Of a stretch of DNA of 64,000 nt, positions 30,671 to 37,002 are shown piece by piece. A program made the translations under genes and the position numbers. The stretch comes from Eubacteriales bacterium. GTDB taxonomy: Bacteria > Bacillota > Clostridia > Oscillospirales > CAG-272. Where the stretch lies: contig JBJDZG010000012.1 in the NCBI GenBank assembly GCA_051867875.1, positions 98 through 64,097 on the forward strand, written 5' to 3'. The notes beneath the pieces were generated by a model. It saw only the letters and a program-made list of their open reading frames with translations. It did not search any database and had not been told where the DNA came from. Position 1 is the stretch's first letter, and each line of letters begins with the position of its first letter.

Positions 30671-30987
30671 CTCCCGAAGCTGCCGAAAAACTTCACGAGG
30701 AAGTAACAGAGCAGATTGAACAGCAATCTACTGAACTTCCCAAAGGCAAAAACTTTGTAATTGGCGACTCTCTTGACCTTCCCAACGGAGAAAAGTCAAG
30801 ATATAAGGCTAACGTTGAAGCAATAAGACTTGTAAAGAAACTTGAAGCTGAGGGCAGATATGGAACATTAGAATACTATTATCATCGAATACTTCATAAG
30901 AAAAGGCAACTACAACATTTTTGAAATAAACGAAGCTCTGTTTGCTTTTGATCAGAGCTTGTTAGGAGCATAAAGGAGTTTAGATAA

Positions 30988-31485
30988 ATGAAAGCGATTG
31001 TTTATACCTCTAAATGCGGACACACCGCAGAATATGCCGGGATCCTCGGTAACCTGACGGGACTGCCGGTGTATTCGCTGAAAGACGCCGGGAAACAACT
31101 CGAAAACGGCGTATCGGTAATATACCTCGGCTGGTTAATGGCAAACAGGGTTCAAGGGCTAAAAAAGGCGTCAAAGAAGTTTAAGGTTTCCGCCGTTTGT
31201 GCGGTAGGTCTTTGTGATACGGGCGCACTGCTATCCGAAGTGCAAAAAACCAATGCATTACCCGAGAGTTTTCCTCTTTTCACTATGCAGGGCGGTATGG
31301 ACAAAACGAAGCTTCACGGCCCGTATAAGCTGATGATCAATATGCTCACAAAAGGTCTTGCGTCACAAAAGGAACGCACCGAAACCGATGAGCGAATGCT
31401 GTATTTATTAACGCACAGTGAAAATTATGTAAGTGAGAAAAATACAGCTGCTTTTATGGAGTGGTATAATCTAAATAAAAACTGA
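30988..31485 (+). CDS. flavodoxin-like domain protein
   Basis: 165 aa. The N-terminal MKAIVYTSKCGHTAEYA is typical of short flavodoxin-fold proteins. An AAAGGAG RBS is present. Confidence 0.65.
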   Translation: MKAIVYTSKCGHTAEYAGILGNLTGLPVYSLKDAGKQLENGVSVIYLGWLMANRVQGLKKASKKFKVSAVCAVGLCDTGALLSEVQKTNALPESFPLFTMQGGMDKTKLHGPYKLMINMLTKGLASQKERTETDERMLYLLTHSENYVSEKNTAAFMEWYNLNKN

Positions 31486-31499
31486 TCAGGAGAAATGAT

Positions 31500-31850
31500 A
31501 TGTTAAGATTTATATGCTACCCCAAATGCACCACTTGTCAAAAGGCAAAGAAGTGGCTCGACGATAGTGGAGTCGAATACGAGCTTAGAGATATTAAGCT
31601 TGACAATCCTACGCCGGATGAGTTGACGGAATGGCACAAGAAAAGCAGCTTGCCACTCAAAAAGTTTTTCAACACAAGCGGTCTGCTTTATAAATCTCTC
31701 GACCTTAAAAATAAGTTGCCCTCAATGAGTGAGGATGAAATGCTGAAGCTTCTTGCAAGTGACGGTATGCTCGTAAAGCGTCCGCTGCTCGTTGGAGATG
31801 ACTTTGTTCTTGTTGGGTTTAAGGAAACAGAATGGAGAGAAAAAATATAG
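31500..31850 (+). CDS. ArsC/Spx/MgsR family protein (YffB-like)
   Basis: 116 aa with CTTCQKAKKWL near the N-terminus and a LVKRPLL motif. Confidence 0.8.
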   Translation: MLRFICYPKCTTCQKAKKWLDDSGVEYELRDIKLDNPTPDELTEWHKKSSLPLKKFFNTSGLLYKSLDLKNKLPSMSEDEMLKLLASDGMLVKRPLLVGDDFVLVGFKETEWREKI

Positions 31851-32323
31851 GAGAAACAAAAAGATACATGGAAGATTTGATATCAAAATTGACGGTAAAG
31901 GATAACAAATACGCCTGCGCCTTGGCTGACAAAATCATTTCGGAAAGTAAAGAGTCGGATAAATGGTATGAGTATTTGGATGACTTTGCGGCTTTGCTTA
32001 ATCACCCGAACTCTTTGGTGAGAAATAGGGCGGTCTATATTCTTGCGGCAAACGTGCAGTGGGACTGTGATAACAAATTTGACCTTATTTTGCCTGAATT
32101 TTTAACGCATATAACAGACGAAAAACCGATCACCGCAAGGCAATGTATTAAAGCCCTTGCACAAGTCGGCACGGCAAAACCGCAGTATGTTCCGAAAATA
32201 CTTTCCTGTCTTGAAGGTGCCGATTTATTCAAATATAACGACACGATGCGCCCGTTGATCGAAAAGGATATTGAGGAAACGAAACAGATATTAACAAATA
32301 AGTCCCGTATCGATTGCTTATAA
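31832..32323 (+). CDS. hypothetical alpha-helical (HEAT-like repeat) protein
   Basis: 163 aa with a helical-repeat character (LVRNRAVYILA, ITARQCIKALAQVG). The start is uncertain; the alternative is the ATG at 31868. Confidence 0.45.
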   Translation: MERKNIGETKRYMEDLISKLTVKDNKYACALADKIISESKESDKWYEYLDDFAALLNHPNSLVRNRAVYILAANVQWDCDNKFDLILPEFLTHITDEKPITARQCIKALAQVGTAKPQYVPKILSCLEGADLFKYNDTMRPLIEKDIEETKQILTNKSRIDCL

Positions 32324-32410
32324 ACTGATTTTTTGTCGCCTGCCATGCGACCAAACCTCTCTTTTATTGATGTACAATACAGACATCAAATGAAAGAGAG
32401 GTTTTCTATT

Positions 32411-32509
32411 ATGAAAAACAACACGACGGAACTCGTATTTATTTTGGACAGAAGGGGATCGATGGCAGGGTTTGAGAACGATACCATCGGCGGCTTTAAC
32501 GCAATGATG
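32411..32509 (+). pseudogene. 5' fragment (33 codons) of a vWA-domain protein gene
   Basis: MKNNTTELVFILDRRGSMAGFENDTIGGFNAMM contains the vWA MIDAS start (DxSxS-like DRRGS). Sense is lost at 32,509, where the antisense GH20 homology begins. Confidence 0.6.
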
Positions 32510-33024
32510 CCGAGCATGTGCGCCTCGTCCATACCGATATGGAGCGTTCTCGTTCTGAAATTTTTTCGGAGCGATTTGAATATATTTTCAATGAGCTCGT
32601 ATGTGCGCTCGTCGTCCGCCAAAAGGATATCGTCGCAGTCCCCTTTGACCTTTCCCCAGCGCAAATAGGTGTCGAGGTGCGCCAGCGTCTGAATACAGGG
32701 TATAATTTCGATGCCGACATCAGCACCGAAGCGGCCAATTTCCTGCATTTCTTGTTAACTGTATCTTCCGCGGAGATAGCCGAAGTAAGGCTCTCTCTCA
32801 ATATAATAGGTGTCTTCCATATAAAGAAATGCGCAGTTGTATCCCACTTTATTTATGACGGTGAGATGCTTTTTTATTGTGGGAACGTTCATCACGGCGT
32901 TGCGCGACATATCTATCATAATTCCAAACTTCTCAAATTTTTTCATATAAAACTCCCTTCTCAATTTTGCCCGAGAGCGTATTGAAGCATAAAAACGGAA
33001 TACTCCGTGAATTTCCCCTATCAC
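32510..33024 (-). pseudogene. GH20 beta-N-acetylhexosaminidase remnant (N-terminal about 170 codons, frameshifted and 3'-truncated)
   Basis: Two frames. 33024..32755 gives MKKFEKFGIMIDMSRNAVMNV...YFGYLRGRYS. 32748..32510 gives QEIGRFGADVGIEIIPCIQTLAHL...LHIGMDEAHMLG. Homology stops at the vWA junction. Confidence 0.7.
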
Positions 33025-33103
33025 ATATATTTTAATCTGTCAAGCGAAAAGCGACGGTTTTTTGCCCCGTAAAAACATTATTAATAATGTTTTTGTTTAA
33101 CGA

Positions 33104-33132
33104 TTGACAACCTCATTTTAATTGGTTATAAT
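33104..33132 (+). promoter_or_regulatory. sigma-A promoter of the GH31 gene
   Basis: TTGACA, 17-nt spacer, TATAAT. Confidence 0.65.
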
Positions 33133-33190
33133 AGCCTTACATAGCGAAGAAAATCGTTGTTCAGAATCAAAAAGGAAAGGACAAAACGGT

Positions 33191-35713
33191 ATGAAACAAT
33201 TTGTTTTGGAAAATGTTCGCATTCAGCTTTTCGGCGGCGGAATAATCCGCCTTGAAAAAGCCGAGGATGGCAATTTTTGCGACGGGGACACCTTTTTTGT
33301 TCCCGAGAGAAAGAATTTGGAGAAAAAGAGTGATATCGATTCTTCGCTTGACGGAAACGATATCATTTTCGGAGATTATATACTGAATGTCCCTGATTCT
33401 GCTAAGGGGCTTTCGGGCGTTACTCTTTCATATAAAGGACAAGAGGTATACCGCTATGAAAGAATAAAAAACAGCGGTGAGCTTCCTTTGCCCATTGACA
33501 CGCCCGAGGTGTTTGCGCTTGCAGATTCGCCCCGCATTATTGCACCCGAAAAGGGGTATACGGTTCATCAGGACGACTGTACATATACGGTGGATGAAGA
33601 TGCACAGGACGTATATCTGCTTTTGTGCCTTGGCGACCACAAAAAGCTCCGTGAGCTTTACGTCGAGCTTACGGGCAGACCTGAGCTTGTGCGCCTTTCC
33701 GCCCTCGGAAGCTGGAACAGCAAGTATTTCCCCTACACCGAGGAAGAGGCGAAAGAGGTTATTGAGGAATACGAAAATCACGACGTACCTCTTGACGTAA
33801 TGGTAATCGACACAGACTGGCGTACCTCGGAAAACGGCTGGGGCTACGATATCAACGAAAAGCTTTTTCCCGATATGGAGAGATTTTTCCGCTTTGCTCA
33901 CGAGCACGGTGTGGAGATAATGTTCAACGACCACCCAGAACCCCAAAACGGTGCCCACGTCTTCGAAAAAGAGGAAATTTCGTACAGAGAAGAAAATCTC
34001 ACAAGGCTTCTTTCAATGGGACTTGATATCTGGTGGTACGACCGAAACTGGAAAACCCACCTAATCACTCCAAGCGACAATATTCGCTGGGAAACTCTCG
34101 GTCTTTATCTCTTTTGGGAAGTAACCGAAAACCATTACAAAAAACTCTCGGGCGACGATAAAAAATACCGCCGTCCCGTAATAATGGGAAATGTCAATAA
34201 TATCATTAACGGTACGTACCAAGGAATTTCCGACAGCGCTTCGCACCGCTATTCTGTTCAGTGGACGGGCGACATTCTGAGCGATATCGCTTCGCTCGGT
34301 CAAGAGGTTGCGAATATTGTCAGAACGGGCGACAATTGTCTCGCGTATGCCCACCCCGACTGCGGCGGACACGTCGGAAATCCCGACAGAGAACTCTTCG
34401 TCCGCTGGATGCAGATGGGCGCGCTCTGTCCCGTATTAAGACCTCACTGCTCCTGCTCTGTCGAGCGCTTCCGCGAGCCGTGGCTATATGACAGTGAAGT
34501 TTTGAATATCGTCAGAGAATATATTAAAATGAGATACAGACTGCTCCCTGCAATATATGCAAGAGCTTTTGAAAACCACCGCACGGGCGCTCCGATTTTT
34601 GCTTCGCTCGGATATAACTATCCAAAGGATGAGCGCGCGTCAAGGTGCAATAATCAGTATATGCTCGGCAGAGATGTACTTATAGCGCCTATTACAGGGG
34701 AGTTTGAAGTGGAATTTCCGAAGGAAGGCTATGCTTCTCCCGTCGAGGTCGATTTTTACGGCGGACACGAATGCAAGGGCGAAAAGCTGGCAAGCGCAAC
34801 CTGGCAGAGCCTTAATATGAGACTTAATTACGTTTCTCCCGCCGAGGGCGTGCCCATGTTCGACTTTTCCGCAAGAATACGCACAACGCTGAAGGTTGAA
34901 AAAGAAATCGAACTCATTCTTTCCTGCGATGACGGCTCAACGGTTTGGCTTGACGGCAAAAGGGTGCTTGAGGACAAGACCTTCCACGGAGCGCAGAGTT
35001 TTACCCTCGGTATACTTGGACCTGATGCTCCTCACACACTTGAAATTGAGTATTTCCAGGGGAGCGGCGAAGCGGCTTGTATTCTTATGAGCAAAGAAAT
35101 CGGGCAAAATGAGCAGAAAAACGTATATTTCCCCGATGGACAGTGGCTTGACCTCTTTGACGGAAGCATTTACTCCGCCGACATCAGCAGGACGACCGAT
35201 TGTGCATTAAGAGAGATGCCGTTGTTCGTCCGTTTGGGCTCACTCATACCCGTCGCCGAGAATGCAAATAACACGAAGAAACAGTCTTGGCAGAGCCTTA
35301 CCTATCACTATTATCCCGATAAGAAAGCGGGCGACGAGGGCTTCGTTTACGAGGACGACAGAGAAACCACGGCATATAAATACGGTGAGCACCGTATATC
35401 AAGGTACAGTGCGTTCTTTGACGGAGAAAGGGGCGCTTATACCGTTCATTTCAGTAAATCCGAGGGTGCCTTTGACGGATCCGACGCATTTGAAAGCCGA
35501 AATATCGCCCTTGCAATTCACAAACACGCAGGTATGGCAGATATCCGCCGTATCACGCTTAACGGCGAGGATATTTCTTTTGAAATCAGAAATAAAAACG
35601 GCGAAGCGATGCCCTTTGAGCTTGAGGGCATATCTCCCGATTCCGACGTAGCGCTCGTACGATTCTGCGCGGGGCTTGACAGGGAATACACGGTTTGTAT
35701 TTTCGCCGAGTAA
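33191..35713 (+). CDS. glycoside hydrolase family 31-like enzyme with an inserted PA14-like domain
   Basis: Start MKQFVLENV after AAGGAAAGGA. GH31-like segments are DVMVIDTDWR and YSVQWTGDI. The PA14-like segment is LSCDDGSTVWLDGKRVLEDK...LEIEYFQGSGEA. Confidence 0.68.
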   Translation: MKQFVLENVRIQLFGGGIIRLEKAEDGNFCDGDTFFVPERKNLEKKSDIDSSLDGNDIIFGDYILNVPDSAKGLSGVTLSYKGQEVYRYERIKNSGELPLPIDTPEVFALADSPRIIAPEKGYTVHQDDCTYTVDEDAQDVYLLLCLGDHKKLRELYVELTGRPELVRLSALGSWNSKYFPYTEEEAKEVIEEYENHDVPLDVMVIDTDWRTSENGWGYDINEKLFPDMERFFRFAHEHGVEIMFNDHPEPQNGAHVFEKEEISYREENLTRLLSMGLDIWWYDRNWKTHLITPSDNIRWETLGLYLFWEVTENHYKKLSGDDKKYRRPVIMGNVNNIINGTYQGISDSASHRYSVQWTGDILSDIASLGQEVANIVRTGDNCLAYAHPDCGGHVGNPDRELFVRWMQMGALCPVLRPHCSCSVERFREPWLYDSEVLNIVREYIKMRYRLLPAIYARAFENHRTGAPIFASLGYNYPKDERASRCNNQYMLGRDVLIAPITGEFEVEFPKEGYASPVEVDFYGGHECKGEKLASATWQSLNMRLNYVSPAEGVPMFDFSARIRTTLKVEKEIELILSCDDGSTVWLDGKRVLEDKTFHGAQSFTLGILGPDAPHTLEIEYFQGSGEAACILMSKEIGQNEQKNVYFPDGQWLDLFDGSIYSADISRTTDCALREMPLFVRLGSLIPVAENANNTKKQSWQSLTYHYYPDKKAGDEGFVYEDDRETTAYKYGEHRISRYSAFFDGERGAYTVHFSKSEGAFDGSDAFESRNIALAIHKHAGMADIRRITLNGEDISFEIRNKNGEAMPFELEGISPDSDVALVRFCAGLDREYTVCIFAE

Positions 35714-35741
35714 TTACATATTGCTTAATTAAACATAATAT

Positions 35742-35785
35742 AGCGGTTGCTTGTGCCGATGGCACTTGGCAACCGCTTGTTTTTA
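35742..35785 (+). terminator. Rho-independent terminator after the GH31 gene
   Basis: gcggttgc...gcaaccgc outer stem with an inner gtgcc/ggcac stem, followed by ttgtttttattt. Confidence 0.75.
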
Positions 35786-35879
35786 TTTCAAAAAATGTAT
35801 TTTTCTGTCGACAAATATAGGCTATTATACAAGGAAATAATTACATTAAAGTTAATGCTGGTTTTTTTGAAATTAATGC

Positions 35880-35908
35880 TTGACACGGCAAATTACCATT
35901 GGTAAAAT
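35880..35908 (+). promoter_or_regulatory. sigma-A promoter of the lipoprotein gene
   Basis: TTGACA, 17-nt spacer, TAAAAT with an extended -10 TG. Confidence 0.6.
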
Positions 35909-35973
35909 TAATATAGAATAGGCGATAAAGCAGGCACCTATTTGGTAAAAATGAACAAAAAGGAGAGCGTATT

Positions 35974-37002
35974 ATGAGCAAAACAACCAAATTAGTTTTG
36001 ACGTTGGTTACCGTCGCGTTGCTTTTGACAACCGTTTGCGGTCTAAGCTCCTGTATTTTTGACAGAGCTCCGCAGGCTTGTTCGCTTGTGATTGACGATG
36101 CCATCGAAAACGGAAAAGTAACGGCTGACAAGGAAGCCTATGTTGAAGGCGAGACTGTCATCCTGACAATCATTCGTAATGCCGGTTATGAACTTGTTTC
36201 AATCAAGATAAACGGCGAAGAAAAAATCTCCGAGGTGTCTTCCGACGGAAGAAAGCTTGAATTTGTGATTACAGAGGATACAAGCGTTTCCGCGGAATTC
36301 AGAAAGATAGCGACTTACAAGTTAGACATATCAGTAATCGGCGGAGGTAACGTTGTATCCGACAAGTCGGTATATCTTACGGGCAATACGGCAGTCCTTA
36401 CCATCGCGCCCAGCACGTACTACCGTCTTAAATCCATCAAGGTTGACGGAGTAGAGAAGATAGACGACGTTGTCGAAAGGGACGGAAGATTGACTCTTTC
36501 ATTTGTAGTTGAATCCAACGCAGTTATCGTTGCCGAGTTTGAGGAGCTTCCCCCCGAGGACCTTTTGGTAACGGTTAATCCGAGAGTTAACCTTAATAAT
36601 ATGGTACTTACATTGACCGATGAAGAGGGCAATAAGCAATATGTAACTGTTGTTGACGGTAAGTTTACCGTCCCTGCGGCTGACAAGGGAACTACTTACA
36701 CGGTAACGGGCGAGAGCAGAGGCTTTGAGATTACTCTCGGCACCTTATTGGCAGACGGAACAGAAGTTGAATTCGACCCTGCTTCCTTCTTAACCAATAA
36801 CTCCGGTACACTTGATATAGCAAATGGCTCTTACGTTGTAAATCCCGAATATCACAAGGGTGTAAATCTTACTCCCATAGCTCCCATTGAGGGTGATTCC
36901 TGGTTTGTAGCAAGGATTCAGATTTCTCCCGAGGATATGGAAGCATTGCTTAAATCTTCCGACGAGATAGTTGCGGGTATCTCCCTTAAATCCGACGGAT
37001 AG
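35974..37002 (+). CDS. surface lipoprotein with Ig-like B-repeat domains, ending at an in-frame TAG
   Basis: Signal peptide plus lipobox (LLLTTVCGLSSC). Repeated modules of about 70 aa (GKVTADKEAYVEGETVILT...YELVSIKINGEEK). A GGAGAG RBS is present. Confidence 0.75.
   Translation: MSKTTKLVLTLVTVALLLTTVCGLSSCIFDRAPQACSLVIDDAIENGKVTADKEAYVEGETVILTIIRNAGYELVSIKINGEEKISEVSSDGRKLEFVITEDTSVSAEFRKIATYKLDISVIGGGNVVSDKSVYLTGNTAVLTIAPSTYYRLKSIKVDGVEKIDDVVERDGRLTLSFVVESNAVIVAEFEELPPEDLLVTVNPRVNLNNMVLTLTDEEGNKQYVTVVDGKFTVPAADKGTTYTVTGESRGFEITLGTLLADGTEVEFDPASFLTNNSGTLDIANGSYVVNPEYHKGVNLTPIAPIEGDSWFVARIQISPEDMEALLKSSDEIVAGISLKSDG

Larger units (their letters stand above)
28249..30924 (+). pseudogene. Fragment of a conjugative-element 'polyvalent' protein (HExxH module, MutS-domain-I-like module, second HExxH module, start of a methylase-linker region)
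   Basis: No credible start: TTG without an RBS, and an in-frame TGA 3 nt upstream. Motifs are HEFTH (FSHEFTHFIEKY), YRVGDFFEVLGDDAK...GFPYH (MutS domain I-like) and HEGTH. The C-terminus KANVEAIRLVKKLEAEGRY breaks off into unrelated sequence where such proteins normally continue into a methyltransferase domain. Confidence 0.7.
28089..32509 (+). mobile_element. Degenerate conjugative-element (ICE-like) remnant: truncated polyvalent protein plus cargo genes; no recombinase or transfer genes present
   Basis: The polyvalent-protein ORF is truncated at both ends. There are abrupt junctions near 30,860-30,925 and at 32,509/32,510. The sequence is visibly more A/T-rich than the flanking core. Confidence 0.5.
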
